A stretch of 64,000 bases of DNA, taken from an uncultured Spirochaetota bacterium (GTDB lineage Bacteria; Spirochaetota; Spirochaetia; SZUA-6; Fen-1364). The stretch is taken from positions 160,001-224,000 of the forward strand of contig CAVUXE010000053.1 of NCBI GenBank assembly GCA_963745235.1, given 5' to 3'. Positions 1 to 11,320 of the stretch are shown here, piece by piece. The notes beneath the pieces are model-generated. The model did not search any database, was not told where the DNA came from, and saw nothing but the letters and a program-made list of their open reading frames with translations. Within the stretch, counting starts at the first letter, position 1. Every line of letters starts with the position of its first letter. The position numbers and the translations under genes are program-made.

Positions 1-753
1 ACATCGCGGCCCTGCCAGAGCCAGTCATTCGCCGCGGCGGTGTAGAAAAGTCGGTGGCGGAGTACCAGCGCCGCGGGTACCCTGTCATGGGCTACTCCGG
101 GAGCATCTACGAGTGGTCGTGGTGGCTGAGGGGCATGGAACAGTTCATGGTGGACACGCTGGAGAACACGGGCATTGCGTCCGCCATAGTTGACAAAGTC
201 GCGGGCTTCACGGCACGGCTCGCCCTGGAGAATGCTGCTGCGGGTTTCGACGTCCTGGCCTTTTACGACGATGCGGGCAGTCAGGCCGGGCATGCAGATT
301 TCTCCGGCTCTGTGGCGATCCCTCATCAAGCCCGCGTGGAAGCGCGTTCTGGACGCGGTTCGCGCACGCCATCCGTCGACGATCTTCTTCCTCCACAGCT
401 GCGGCAACATCACCGACATCGTGCCGGACGTGGTCGAGCTCGGCTTCCACGTCCTGCATCCCGTGCAGCCAGAGTGCATGGACCCTGCCGCCCTGAAAGC
501 CGCTTATGGGAGCCGGATCGTCCTCTGTGCGACACTGGGCGCCCAGCGCACGCTCTCTCTCTGCTCCGCGGAGGAGGTCGCCCGGGAGACCACGCGTGTC
601 ATGGACACCATCGGGGCGGACCGGCGCTGCATCGTCTGCCCATCGAACAGGATCCAGCCGGAGACGCCATGGGAGAATGTCCTTGCCTTTGCCGCGGCGG
701 CCCGAAGCCACCGTTTCGGGAGACCCGGGGTCCCGGGCGCCCACGCCTTCTAA
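1..753 (+). CDS. Uroporphyrinogen decarboxylase / MtaA-CmuA family protein (5' end outside window; frameshift at ~288-290)
   Basis: WWLRGMEQF and YDDAGSQ in one frame continue as MQISPALWR..FFLHSCGNI..HPVQPECMD..PSNRIQPETPWENV after removing one G from a GGG run. Confidence 0.8.
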
Positions 754-1964
754 AAGACGCGCTTCCCCTTCACGAATGTCATCCGGGCGTTGCATTGCTC
801 ATCGAGCACGGCGATATCGGAGAGCTTGCCGACGCGGAGGCTCCCTGTCTCGTGATCGATCCCCAACGTCATGGCCGGGTTGAGGCTCACCCAGCGGATC
901 GCTTCGGGCAGCAGCAGCCCCGCATACTCCTGGAGCCTGCGAAGCGCCACGTTCAGAGTGATGGCGCTGCCCGTGAGGTTGCCGTTGATCTTCGGATCTT
1001 CGTCGATCATGCGCAGGACCCCCTTCTCGACGTAGACCTTGTGTCCGTCCCTGAAGGAGATGACAGTGCCCTCGGGCTGTCCCGCCCCCACCAGGGAATC
1101 GGTCACGACGATCTTCTTGCCCGCGGGCTTTACCTTGTCGATAAAGGAAAAAAACGGCTCCGGCACGTGCACCGGGCAGCCGATGAGCTCGATGCTGACA
1201 TTGTCGTCGTAGAGGGCCGCCGTCTCCATGCCCGGCATCATCACCAGCGCCTCGCCGGGGTTCTCCTTATAGCCAAGGGTGGCGTCGTAAAGGTGGGTCA
1301 CATGGCGGGCGCCGGCAAGGATGGCCGCCCGCGCCTGCTCCCACGTGGCCTCGGTATGCCCGAGGATCGGAACAATACCGCGGTAGGCGAGCTGCTCCGT
1401 CAGCCAGATGCTGCCGGGCAGCTCGGGCGCGAAAGTGACGGTCCTGATGACGTTACCCGCCTCGCCGAGCACCCTCTCGACGTCGCGAGGCTCGGGTTCG
1501 CGGAGGTAGCGCAGGTCGTGCCCGCCGCGGCAGCGCGCGGCGAGCCACGGCCCCTCCATGTGCACCCCATGGAGCATTGCGCCGTACGTGGCGTCCTCCA
1601 TTGCGGCGGCGACACGCCGCGCCTGGGTAATGATTGCGTCGTACGGATTCGCAAGCGTGGTGGCAAGGAGCCTCGTCACGCCGTAGCGCGCATACGCCGA
1701 CAGCCCGCGCACCATGGCGGGAACATCGTCTTCCATGAAGGAAACGTCCATGATCCCGTGGGTATGCATGTCGATGAGCCCCGGGCAGATGGACAACCCG
1801 TCGACGTCGATCTTGACAACTGCGCCGTCCCTCCATGCCTCCTGGGAGGTCCACTCGGTCCCGATGGAGGCAACGCGGCCCGCGCGCGACAGGACATAGC
1901 CGCGCGGCAGGGTCTGCGTCTCCGCGAGGACCCTGCCATTGTAAAGGAGAAAATCGTCCGCCAT
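750..1964 (-). CDS. nagA: N-acetylglucosamine-6-phosphate deacetylase
   Basis: PGLIDMHTHG, HMEGPWL, TFAPE, LGHTEA, HVTHLYDA, VTDS, LTGS and SLNPA motifs; start taken at MADDFLL. Confidence 0.88.
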   Translation of the reverse strand: MADDFLLYNGRVLAETQTLPRGYVLSRAGRVASIGTEWTSQEAWRDGAVVKIDVDGLSICPGLIDMHTHGIMDVSFMEDDVPAMVRGLSAYARYGVTRLLATTLANPYDAIITQARRVAAAMEDATYGAMLHGVHMEGPWLAARCRGGHDLRYLREPEPRDVERVLGEAGNVIRTVTFAPELPGSIWLTEQLAYRGIVPILGHTEATWEQARAAILAGARHVTHLYDATLGYKENPGEALVMMPGMETAALYDDNVSIELIGCPVHVPEPFFSFIDKVKPAGKKIVVTDSLVGAGQPEGTVISFRDGHKVYVEKGVLRMIDEDPKINGNLTGSAITLNVALRRLQEYAGLLLPEAIRWVSLNPAMTLGIDHETGSLRVGKLSDIAVLDEQCNARMTFVKGKRVF

Positions 1965-1969
1965 GCGCG

Positions 1970-2933
1970 TCAGTTGACCTCGGGCTCCAGCGGTCCGGCG
2001 AGCGGCTTGACGTAGAAAAGCTTGCCGGGGAGCTGCGGCATGACGGAGGAGGGGATCCACATGCTCGGGCCGTACTTCAGCGTGACCCACAGCGTCATGC
2101 CCTGGTAGATCATGTTGCGCACCGGCAGGAACCCGTCAACGCCGCCGATGGTGTAATCCGCCTTCATGAAGATGCCCGGGCCAATGGTGTTGGCGCGCGC
2201 CGGCACGAGCGTGATCCTGCTCTTGAAGCTCGTGATGGAGTTCTGGATGATGGTGAGGGGGTGGAGCCTGGCTGCCACGCGGTGCGTGGCGCCCAGCCAC
2301 TCGTCCATGCTCTTGTAGTCTTCCGCGAAGTGAGGCTCCCAGAAAGCCACGTGGAATACCCACCCTATGCCATAGATCAGGACGAACTTCGCGCCCTTGG
2401 AGCGCAGCTCTCCAATGCGGTCCGCGTAGGTGGGGAGCTCCGTGCGGGTGGCGAAATGCCTCTGTTTGGTCCGGCGGGGTGAGCCGGCCCAGCGGGCCGT
2501 AGAACGTGCTCTCCATTGCGTTCGTGAAGGCGCCCGGGTTGTTGGCGGGAAGCGTATTCCCCTCCTCGTCGCACCACTCGTCCATGTTGAAGCCGTGAAG
2601 GTGGCGGCAATCCACGTTCCAGGATTTCAGGAACTCCACCGCCCAGCGATACATGCCCATGGGGCCCACGGAGAAGATCAGCACAAGCTCCCTGTCCTCC
2701 TCGCGGGCCATGCGGATCTGGAGCGCAATTTCGTGCCCCATGAGCGTGTTGAAGTCCTCAAGCGTGTCGCCGCAGACGGGAGCGAAGTCCTTGTGCCACC
2801 ACTTCTCCCTCGCGTTCACCTCTTCGGGCTTGCGCGAACAACACCAGTCGATGCGGGAGAGGTCCCACTCCCGGGGGAAGAACCCTTCAAACCGGGATCC
2901 CTTGATCGTGCTCAAAAGATCGATGCGTTCCAT
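1970..2933 (-). CDS. Glucosamine-6-phosphate isomerase/deaminase-like (NagB/RpiA fold) protein; frameshift at ~2469
   Basis: [15 protein letters not shown] and, after the frameshift, [13 protein letters not shown]; directly upstream of nagA. Confidence 0.75.
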
Positions 2934-2995
2934 TGTTTTGTCTCCTCTGGCTTCGCGCAGGCACAGCCGTGCCCGCTCAGCCTCGCCTTCTGTGG

Positions 2996-4003
2996 CTATG
3001 CCTTTCTCTGTCCTGAGAGCTCGCTCACCGTCACGGCCCCGACGATGATGAGCCCGATGACGAGGTCCCGGATGTACGGGTTCACGTTCATGATGATGAG
3101 CGCGTTCGTGATGAGGCCGATCAGGAGCACGCCGAGGAAGATGCTGAGCGCGCTGCCCCGGCCTCCGGAGAGGGCCACGCCGCCCACGATGACCGCCGCA
3201 AGGGAGTCCAGCGCAAACGAGTCTCCCGTGGTGGCGAGCGCCGAGCCCACGCGGGAGATGAGGATGAGGGCAGCAAGGGCGTTGCAGAGCCCGACCACAA
3301 CGTACGCAATCAGCGTGACGCGGTTCGTGCTGATACCCGAGACGAAGGCCGCCTTCTTGTTCCCGCCGATGGCGTACAGGAACCTTCCGTAGCGGAAGTA
3401 GCGCAGGACCACGAAGGTGAGCGCGACCATTCCCAGGAAGAACAGGATGGAAATGGGGATGACGTCGAGGATCCGGCCGCGTCCCAGCAGCTCGAACCTG
3501 CCGAACAGTATATAGCTGGCGCCCCCGCTCACGAGCAGGGCGGCCCCATGATAGGCGGTGCTGAATCCCAGGGTGATGATGAACGAGGCGGCCCGGGAGT
3601 AGATGACGGTCAGGCCGTTGATCACCCCGATGATGATCCCGATCAGGAACGTGACCACGAACGCCGCGGGGATGGCCAGGGACGCCTGCCACGCGGGCAC
3701 CGTGCCGTCCGGCAGGCCCATCATCTTCTGAATAATCATGGACAGGATCACTCCCATGAGGGATATCTGCGTGCCAACGGAAATGTCGATCTGGCCCGCC
3801 ACCAGGAGCATCCCGATTCCGCACGCCACGATCCCGAGGATGGAGATCTGCTGGAAGATGTTGATGAGGTTCTGGATGCGGAGAAAGCGCGGGTTCACGA
3901 TGGCCGTCACAATGCAGATGACGACGATGAGAGCAATCAGCACGACGGACTGGCTCAGGGGCCGGCTCCGCTTTGGTTCCACCACTGCGGTCATTGTTTC
4001 CAT
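2996..4003 (-). CDS. Monosaccharide ABC transporter permease (RbsC-like)
   Basis: [24 protein letters not shown] and [19 protein letters not shown] motifs; hydrophobic throughout. Confidence 0.92.
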   Translation of the reverse strand: METMTAVVEPKRSRPLSQSVVLIALIVVICIVTAIVNPRFLRIQNLINIFQQISILGIVACGIGMLLVAGQIDISVGTQISLMGVILSMIIQKMMGLPDGTVPAWQASLAIPAAFVVTFLIGIIIGVINGLTVIYSRAASFIITLGFSTAYHGAALLVSGGASYILFGRFELLGRGRILDVIPISILFFLGMVALTFVVLRYFRYGRFLYAIGGNKKAAFVSGISTNRVTLIAYVVVGLCNALAALILISRVGSALATTGDSFALDSLAAVIVGGVALSGGRGSALSIFLGVLLIGLITNALIIMNVNPYIRDLVIGLIIVGAVTVSELSGQRKA

Positions 4004-4010
4004 TCTCTTC

Positions 4011-5520
4011 CTATTCCCTTTCGTCGACGCCCATGGAGTACCGGAGGATGTTCTCCTCTGTGATCTCGGTTCCCGTGAGGATACCCGCGATGCGCTTGTT
4101 CCTCATCACGGCCACTCGGTCGCAGACCGCGATGAGCTCGGGGTTGTCGGAAGAGATCATGAGGACCACCTTGCCCTGGCCGGCAAGGTTCTCCATCATG
4201 CGGTAGATCTCCCCCTTGGCCCCGACGTCCACGCCTACCGTGGGTTCGTCGAAAATGAGGACCTCGGCGCCTGCGTACAGCCACTTGGCCAGCACCACCT
4301 TCTGCTGGTTGCCGCCGCTCAGGTTCACCACGCGCTGAAGGAGGGACGGAGTCTTTATGGCGAGTTGGCGCGATATTTCACCGGTCTCTGTCCTCTCCCG
4401 CGCCAGGTTCATGAGCGGGCCCCTCGCCTTGGCGAAGCGAACAAGGCTCACGTTTTCGAAGATGGGTCGTTCGAGGACCAGGCCGTCCCCCTTGCGGTCC
4501 TCCGTGAGGTAGCCGATGCCCTTGCGGATGGCGTCATCAGGGCTGCGGGGGGTGAGGTCGCGCCCCCGGTAGACGAGACGGCCCGAGTCCTTGGGGTCCA
4601 GGCCGAAGATCATTCGCGCCAGCTCGGTGCGCCCGGCGCCGACCAGACCGGCAATCCCGAAGATTTCCCCCCGGCGGACCGTGAAGGAGACGTGGTCCAC
4701 CACGCCGGCCCGCGTATAGTCTATGACCTGGAGGCTGTCCTCCTCCACCGCGCTCGCGGAAGATCGCGCCCGGGTGTACAGGGAAGCATCCGAGCGGCCG
4801 ATCATCTGGCGCACCACGCCGCTCATATCCGTCTCCCGCACCGACTGCGTGGATACCTTCTTCCCGTCCTTGAACACCGTCACGCGGTTGCAGACATCGA
4901 AAATCTCACCGAGGTTGTGGGATATGTAGATGACGCTCAGGCCCTTTGCCGTGCTCGTGCGGATGATGTCGAAGAGAATGTTCTTGCCCTTGTCATCCAG
5001 GGACGCGGTGGGCTCGTCAAGGATGAGGATCCGCGCCTGACGGGAGAAAGCCTTGGCAACGCTCACCAGCTTGCGCTCGATGAACGTGAGGCTCGCAATC
5101 TTGCGCCGCGGGGAAATCCGGACCCCGAGGCCTTCCAGGAGCTGCTCGGTGGCCTTGAAACAGGAGGAATAGTCCAGGAGTCCGACCCCGCTCTTGGGCA
5201 GGTTGTACAGGTAGATGTTCTCCGCCACGGACAACTCGTCCACGAGCTGGTTTTCCTGGTGGACGGTCTGGATCCCGAGCTCGATGGAGCGAGACGGGTC
5301 CAGGTACCCGTAGGAGCGGCCCGCAACATCGATGCGGCCCGAGTCAGGACGGAGCGAGCCGGCCACGATCTCCACGAACGTGGACTTGCCGGCCCCGTTC
5401 TGGCCCACCAGGGCCTGCACCTCTCCGAGGCGCAGGTCGAAATCCACGGAATCCAGGGCCCGGACGCCAGGATAGCGTCTTGGTTACTTTTTCAGCGACG
5501 AGGATGTTTGATTCCGCCAC
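4011..5520 (-). CDS. Monosaccharide ABC transporter ATP-binding protein (RbsA-like); frameshift at ~5478
   Basis: GQNGAGKST, ILDEPT, LSGGNQQKV, FDEPTVGVDVG; N-terminus (GTG) AESNILVAEKVTK-RYPGVRAL with GGAGG RBS recovered by removing one base. Confidence 0.9.
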
Positions 5521-5551
5521 TCTTCTCCTCCCGGAAGCGCCGCTACGGGCG

Positions 5552-5590
5552 AAAAAAGGGGGGCCCGGAGAATCCTTCCGAGCCCCCTCT
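5552..5590 (-). terminator. Rho-independent terminator/attenuator hairpin between the binding-protein and ATPase genes
   Basis: Minus strand AGGGGGCTCGGA-AGGATTC-TCCGGGCCCCCC followed by TTTTTT. Confidence 0.7.
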
Positions 5591-5613
5591 GGTTTCCGTT
5601 TTCGGAGCGAACG

Positions 5614-6620
5614 CTACTTGAGCATCTCCGGTTTGTATCACCGGTCTTCACGAAATCGTACACCAGGGGCAGCCAGCTCTCGTCAACGCTCCAGGTGATG
5701 TACTTGGAGTGCCAGTCCTTCTTGCTCACCCATACGACAGGGGTGTAGGTCCTGGTCTGGTAGGTCTGCTTGTTCAGGTATGCCATCAAGTTGACCGCGT
5801 TGATCATGCCATGAAGGCCCGGGGACTGGCTCAGAGCAAAGTCCAGGTTGCCCTTGTTGAAGTTGTTGATGTCCATGGGGCCGCCGTTGACCGTCACCAC
5901 GGTGACTGCGTCCCGGGGAACATTCTCTTCCTTCAGCGCCTGGACGATACCGTCCGTGATCTCCTGGCATCCGCCGATGGCGACGTTGAACTTCAGGCCG
6001 CTCTCGATGAGGGTCTTCGTGATGTTGAGGGACGGGGCGGTAGCGTACTGGCCGTCCTGGGGAGCGGTGGCCAGCTTGATGCCCTTCAGCTTCGCGATCT
6101 CATCCTTGAAGCCTTTATCCCCTTCCATGACGGGCGGCGTGCCGGCGAAGCCCTGGATCCACACCACGTTCAGGTCACCCTTGACGTCCTTGCGGAGGCC
6201 GTCGGCAACTGTCTTGTACACTGAAGCCCAGTCGAAATCGATGTTGGCGACCGGCTTGCCCTTTCCCGAGGCGACTCCGCTCTCGGTGATCTGGATCGGA
6301 ATTCCGGCCTCGTTGGCAAGCTGGCATGAGTACTGCGCGCTTTCGGGCGTCACGGCGGTGAGATTGATGGCATCCACGCCCTGGGCAATCAGGTTCTGGA
6401 CGGCCTGGGTCTCCTGATCAGCCTTGTAGTTGTGGTACGCGAAAACGAGCTTGTCGCCTTCCGCGTCCGCCGCGATCTGGTAGCCCCTATGGTAGGCAGC
6501 GAACCAGCCGATCTCGTAGGGGATCACGACCCCGATCGTATGGCCCTTCGCAAATACGGGCGCAGCGGCCATCGAAAAAACCATGAGGATCGCCAACCCC
6601 AAGAGAATCTTCTTCTTCAT
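5614..6620 (-). CDS. Sugar ABC transporter substrate-binding protein (RbsB-like); true stop probably at 5614 after a frameshift at ~5640
   Basis: Signal peptide MKKKILLGLAIL..VFA; QNLIAQGVDAI; C-terminus reads YKPEMLK* in a shifted frame just before the terminator. Confidence 0.85.
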
Positions 6621-6732
6621 GAGTAGGACCTCCCTTCAGGATGTTGCCCCGTCCGAAAGGGTGGGGCACGGTTCCGCATTGCGGATATCGCATTTAAACA
6701 TGCAACAGGTATTTTGTCAAATAAAACAATTT

Positions 6733-6770
6733 AATGATCTATTTGATCATTTTTTAGCGCTAAAAAATGA
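6733..6770. promoter_or_regulatory. Two overlapping operator-like palindromes in the divergent promoter region
   Basis: AATGATC-TATTT-GATCATT (6733-6751) and the perfect 24-bp TCATTTTTTAGCGCTAAAAAATGA (6747-6770). Confidence 0.7.
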
Positions 6771-6778
6771 CTGGAGTG

Positions 6779-6807
6779 TTTACAAAATCCGATCGTAGTG
6801 TTATAGT
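6779..6807 (+). promoter_or_regulatory. sigma70 promoter for the rightward operon
   Basis: TTTACA-17 bp-TATAGT with extended -10 TG; AAGGAGG RBS before ATG 6838. An opposite-strand TTGACA at 6720-6715 probably serves the leftward operon. Confidence 0.7.
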
Positions 6808-6837
6808 CCCGCCAGTTATTCATCAAGGAGGATCCTC

Positions 6838-8994
6838 ATGGCCGCCTTTCGGTTTCTTTTCGAGCCCATCAGGATTGGGGACATGGAGATTCCAAATCGC
6901 ATCTGCCACGTCCCAACGGACATCAGCTCATCCCACGTGAACGGGGAAGTGAGCAGCCGCGACATCTACCACCACGAGACAATCGCCCGCGGCGGCACAG
7001 GGTTGATAGTGGTCGGCGCCACGTCTCCCAACCATCTGACCAACCGATCCACCGTGACGAACCTCGTGGCTGACGATGACACCTACATCCCCGGCCTCGC
7101 GCGGCTCGCTGCTGCCATGCACCGCTATGGCGCCAAGTGCGCCGCGCAGCTGCAGCATGCCGGGCGGCAGGCGTCCCTGCCCCGTGACGGCAAGCAGGCG
7201 TCCAACGACGTGGCGGTGAGCCTGCCGTGGTCCCAGAGCCGCGCAATCGTCTACGCGAACGCGGACGAGAAGGTGAAGACGGTGCATGTCCTGAGCACCG
7301 ACGAGGTCATTCAAATCGTAGAGGAGTTTGGGGAGGCGGCGTGGCGCGTCAGGCAGGCCGGTTTTGATTCGGTGGAGCTGCACGCGGCCCATGGGTACCT
7401 CATCTCCCAGTTCATGAGCCCCTACCTCAACCATCGCATCGACCGATTCGGCGGAACCTTTGAGAACCGCATGCGCTTCCCTCTGGCCATCGTCTCTTCC
7501 ATCCAGAAGAAGTGCGGGATGGATTTTCCTGTCATCGTCCGCTACTCCTCGGACGAATGGGTGCCCGGCGGACGCGAGCTTGCAGAGTCCATCGAGGTGG
7601 CCAAGGTGCTCGAAAGGGCCGGGGTGGCGGCGCTGGACATCAGCCAGTGCGTGCAGGAAAGTCCGGGCGCAGGCTTCGATCCCATGCAGTATCCCGAAGG
7701 ATGGACCGTGTTCGCCTCGGAGGCCATCAAGAAGGCGGTCACGATCCCCGTGATCATCAGCCACTCCCTGCGCAATCCCGACTACTGCGAGAAGATCCTC
7801 CAGGAAGGCAAAACGGACATGATCGGTCTCTCACGGCAGCTCCTCGCGGATCCCTACTGGCCTCTCAAGGCCCGGGAGGGAAAAGTCAGGGCAATCCGGC
7901 GCTGCATCTCGTGCCTCACGGGCTGCTGGCAGGAGTCCATGATGGCGAAGAAGGAAATCGGCTGCGCCATCAACCCCGCGTGCGGCAGCGAGGAGTTCGC
8001 CCGCATGGCGAAAACCGCAATCCCCCTGAAGATCGCCGTGGTCGGCGGCGGCCCGGCGGGCATGGAGACAGCTCGAATTGCCACGGAGCGGGGACATCGC
8101 GTGACGATTTTCGAGAAGACAGCCGAGCTGGGCGGCGCCATCCTTGGCTGCTGCATGGCTCCCGGGAAGGACGAGAAGATGAAGTGGTACGCGGACTGGA
8201 TCCGCTGCCAGGTTCAGGACCTGAAGATCGAGACGCGCATGAACACCTCCCCGACCGTGGCGGACCTGAAAGGATTCGACCTGGTGGTCAACGCCACCGG
8301 CGCAAGCTCCTATGTGCCCTCCGCGCACGGCCTGGCTGACCGGGTGGTCCCGTTCGAGGAAGCAATGGCATGCCCCAAAGTCACGTGCGAGTATCACCCC
8401 AACAACGCCTCGAAGGCGAACCGGCAGGAGAGAAAACCCCGCAGGCTCGAGGGAACGAAGGTCATCGTGTGGGGGGATCATTACGCGGCCGTTGACACCG
8501 CCACCTACCTGGCCTCCATCGGCAAGGAGGTGGTGATTGTCACGGACCAGAGAGAGTTCGCCTCCCGCGTGGAGGTGATCCACATGTACGTGACCTGGAA
8601 GCGTTTCAAGCAGACCGATGCGGAGGCGCTGACCTCGAAGCCGTACAAGCATCCTGTCACGATCCACCAGGGGTGCCTGATCGACGAGATCAGGGACAAG
8701 GAGGTCGTTCTTGTGGATCGAGACTTCAGGAAGACCACGGTCGCGTACGACTCCATCGTCACCTGCTGGACCCGGCCCAACACGGAGCTCCTGCACCAGC
8801 TCATGGCGGCCGGGGTCCCGGTCGTGAACGTCGGTGACTCGGTGAGCCCGCGCAATCTCCACGCGGCGGTCAGGGAAGGGGCTGCCGTCGGTCTGACCGT
8901 CGACGAACAGGTCCTGTTCAATCCGAACGCGGCTCTGGTCAACGACCTTCCCCTTGATGTGCGGGCCCAGCTTGCCCGCCCGGAGGTAGTGTAA
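6838..8994 (+). CDS. NADH:flavin oxidoreductase (Old Yellow Enzyme / 2,4-dienoyl-CoA reductase-like; FMN, 4Fe-4S and FAD domains)
   Basis: ELHAAHGYLISQF, RIDRFGGTFENRMRF, CISCLTGC..CAINP, VVGGGPAGME. Confidence 0.9.
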   Translation: MAAFRFLFEPIRIGDMEIPNRICHVPTDISSSHVNGEVSSRDIYHHETIARGGTGLIVVGATSPNHLTNRSTVTNLVADDDTYIPGLARLAAAMHRYGAKCAAQLQHAGRQASLPRDGKQASNDVAVSLPWSQSRAIVYANADEKVKTVHVLSTDEVIQIVEEFGEAAWRVRQAGFDSVELHAAHGYLISQFMSPYLNHRIDRFGGTFENRMRFPLAIVSSIQKKCGMDFPVIVRYSSDEWVPGGRELAESIEVAKVLERAGVAALDISQCVQESPGAGFDPMQYPEGWTVFASEAIKKAVTIPVIISHSLRNPDYCEKILQEGKTDMIGLSRQLLADPYWPLKAREGKVRAIRRCISCLTGCWQESMMAKKEIGCAINPACGSEEFARMAKTAIPLKIAVVGGGPAGMETARIATERGHRVTIFEKTAELGGAILGCCMAPGKDEKMKWYADWIRCQVQDLKIETRMNTSPTVADLKGFDLVVNATGASSYVPSAHGLADRVVPFEEAMACPKVTCEYHPNNASKANRQERKPRRLEGTKVIVWGDHYAAVDTATYLASIGKEVVIVTDQREFASRVEVIHMYVTWKRFKQTDAEALTSKPYKHPVTIHQGCLIDEIRDKEVVLVDRDFRKTTVAYDSIVTCWTRPNTELLHQLMAAGVPVVNVGDSVSPRNLHAAVREGAAVGLTVDEQVLFNPNAALVNDLPLDVRAQLARPEVV

Positions 8995-10067
8995 TGAAGG
9001 CGCTCAAGGTGCTCGTCGCGGGGGTTGGAGGCATGGGCGCTTCCCATGCCCTGGGGTATGCGCGAACGAGGGGCTTCGAGGTGGCGGGCTTTGTCGTGGC
9101 GAAAAATGTGGAACGGGCCCGGAAGCTCGCCTCGGACCTCGAGCTCTCGATCCCGATCTACACGGACTACTACAAGGCCATGGCGGAGGTGAAGCCGGAT
9201 GTCGTCTCCATCAACACTCTCGTGGACACGCACGCCGCGTACTCCATTCACGCCATGCGCCAGGGCTGCCACATCTTCATGGAGAAGCCCATAGCGAAGA
9301 CGGTCACGGAGGCGGAAGAGGTGGCCCGGGTGGTCAAGGAGACAGGGCGAAAGATGGTGGTCGGGTACATCCTGCGCGTGCATCCCGCGTGGAAGAAGTT
9401 CATCGAGCTTTCCCAGACCCTTGGCAAGCCGCTCATCATGCGCATGAACCTGAACCAGCAGAGCTTCGGCCACGAATGGGAGGTCCACAAGTCCTTCATC
9501 GCCAACATGCCTCCCCTCGTTGACTGCGGCGTGCACTACGTGGACGTCATGTGCCAGATGACGCGCTCGGTGCCGAAGCTGGTGCAGGGCATTGCCGCCA
9601 GGGTGTCGGACGAGGTGGACGCCGACAAACACAACTACGGAGCCCTCCAGGTGGTATTCGAGGACAATTCCGTGGGGTGGTACGAAGTCGGATGGGGGCC
9701 CATGATGAGCCGCACCGCCTTTTTCGTGAAGGACGTGATCGGCCCCCGGGGGTGCGTCAGCATCGACAAGGACACGAGCGACGTTGATCCTTCGGACGTG
9801 TCCAAGCACACCACGGTGGACTCCATCATCGTGCATTCAAGCGCCACGGACGCGAAGGGGATGCCGGCGAAGAAGGACGAGGTGGTGCATATCTCTGACG
9901 AGCCGGACCACAACGAGCTCTGCCGCCGGGAGCAGGCATACCTCCTCCAGGCCATCACCGAGGATATCGACCTCACGGACCACGTTGCGGATGCGGTGAA
10001 CAGCCTCCGGATCTGCTTCGCGGCCGTGGAGTCCTACCGGACGGGGCGAGCCATCCATCTGGACTGA
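8994..10067 (+). CDS. Gfo/Idh/MocA family NAD(P)-dependent oxidoreductase
   Basis: GVGGMG Rossmann motif, HIFMEKP, DCGVHYVD. Confidence 0.9.
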   Translation: MKALKVLVAGVGGMGASHALGYARTRGFEVAGFVVAKNVERARKLASDLELSIPIYTDYYKAMAEVKPDVVSINTLVDTHAAYSIHAMRQGCHIFMEKPIAKTVTEAEEVARVVKETGRKMVVGYILRVHPAWKKFIELSQTLGKPLIMRMNLNQQSFGHEWEVHKSFIANMPPLVDCGVHYVDVMCQMTRSVPKLVQGIAARVSDEVDADKHNYGALQVVFEDNSVGWYEVGWGPMMSRTAFFVKDVIGPRGCVSIDKDTSDVDPSDVSKHTTVDSIIVHSSATDAKGMPAKKDEVVHISDEPDHNELCRREQAYLLQAITEDIDLTDHVADAVNSLRICFAAVESYRTGRAIHLD

Positions 10068-10070
10068 CCC

Positions 10071-11243
10071 GTGACCCTCCGTGAATCCTTCTTTGCGGCT
10101 GTCCGCGGCGAGCCTCTGGAGCGCGCGCCTTTTTTCCCCGACATCACCTCGTGGTACGCGCTCACACGCATACCGCTGGGGCAGGAGCAGCCCTATTTTC
10201 CCGGGCAGTACATCCCGGACGACAGCGCTATTCACGACCTGCCGAGCAGGCTCTCCGGCCCGCTCGCCACGCTTACTTTCACGGACTTCTACCGCGAGCT
10301 CGGCTGGGGGCTGCCGGTGCACGTGTACGACTGGTGCGAGGAACGCTACGTCGGCGGGGTGGAAAAGGTGATCCGGCAGGCGGAGGGCCACCGCACCGTG
10401 ACCTTCCACACGCCCCGCGGGGATCTCGAGCGCACCTATAAACTGGATGCCGAAGGAACATGGAGCGAGTACGGCCACATGGTGAAGCTCCCGGCGGAGC
10501 TGGACATCGTGCGCTGCATCGTGGCGGCCACGCGCTTCGAGCCGCACCACGAGCGGATCCAGAGGTTCCTCCGGGACACCGAGGAATTCGGGGTCTGCGA
10601 CCTTGTGGTCAACCGCTCCCCGTTCGGCAAGCTGATCCACGAGTACATGGGGTTCGAACAGGTCGCCTACGTCTTGAACGACGACCCGGCCGCGGTGCTG
10701 GAGCTCATGGCGTTTCAGGAGGAGAAGGACCTGGAGCTGATCCGCCTGGCGGCGCTGGCGCCGGGATCCATCGTCATCATCTCCGACCACGCGGATGAGA
10801 ACCTCATCTCCCCGGCCTGGTACCGCACGTACTGCATGCCGTTTTACCACAAGGCCTGCGCCATCCTGCACCAGGCGGGAAAGCTCGTGTCCACGCACCT
10901 GGACGGAAACTTCAAGGGATACCTTCCGTTCATTGGAGACACTGGGTTCGACCTCCTGGACGGCTGCACGCCGGCGCCCATGTTCAACTACGAGCCGGAA
11001 GAGTTGGCCGCGGCCACCTGCGGCGCCGGCGGGAAGAGACGCCTCGGCTGCTACTGCGGCGTCCCGGCCTGCCTGTTCACCACGGGCACGCTTCCCGCTG
11101 CGCTCGCTGACTTCGCGGAGAGGATCGCGCGGGCGTTCGAGCAGCGGGTGATCGTGAACGTTGGAGACATCCTTCCCCCGAATGGGGAAATAGATGGCGT
11201 CATCGAGATCGGCAGGCGGATGGCCGCCCGGGGCCGTCCATGA
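10071..11243 (+). CDS. Uroporphyrinogen decarboxylase / MtaA-like TIM-barrel protein
   Basis: FHTPRGDL, RSPF..YMGFE, DHADENLISP, STHLDGN, NVGDILPP. Confidence 0.7.
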   Translation: MTLRESFFAAVRGEPLERAPFFPDITSWYALTRIPLGQEQPYFPGQYIPDDSAIHDLPSRLSGPLATLTFTDFYRELGWGLPVHVYDWCEERYVGGVEKVIRQAEGHRTVTFHTPRGDLERTYKLDAEGTWSEYGHMVKLPAELDIVRCIVAATRFEPHHERIQRFLRDTEEFGVCDLVVNRSPFGKLIHEYMGFEQVAYVLNDDPAAVLELMAFQEEKDLELIRLAALAPGSIVIISDHADENLISPAWYRTYCMPFYHKACAILHQAGKLVSTHLDGNFKGYLPFIGDTGFDLLDGCTPAPMFNYEPEELAAATCGAGGKRRLGCYCGVPACLFTTGTLPAALADFAERIARAFEQRVIVNVGDILPPNGEIDGVIEIGRRMAARGRP

Positions 11244-11320
11244 GGAGCGCGGAGCCGCTTGACTGGGGGACGCGCCGGACACACCCTTTCCTTGAGGCGT
11301 CCGGTTCGAGAGGAATGTGA

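Noticed and set aside
54-2015. 653-aa plus-strand ORF
   Set aside because: Only the first ~80 aa are real (UroD-like). The rest is frameshift read-through antisense to nagA
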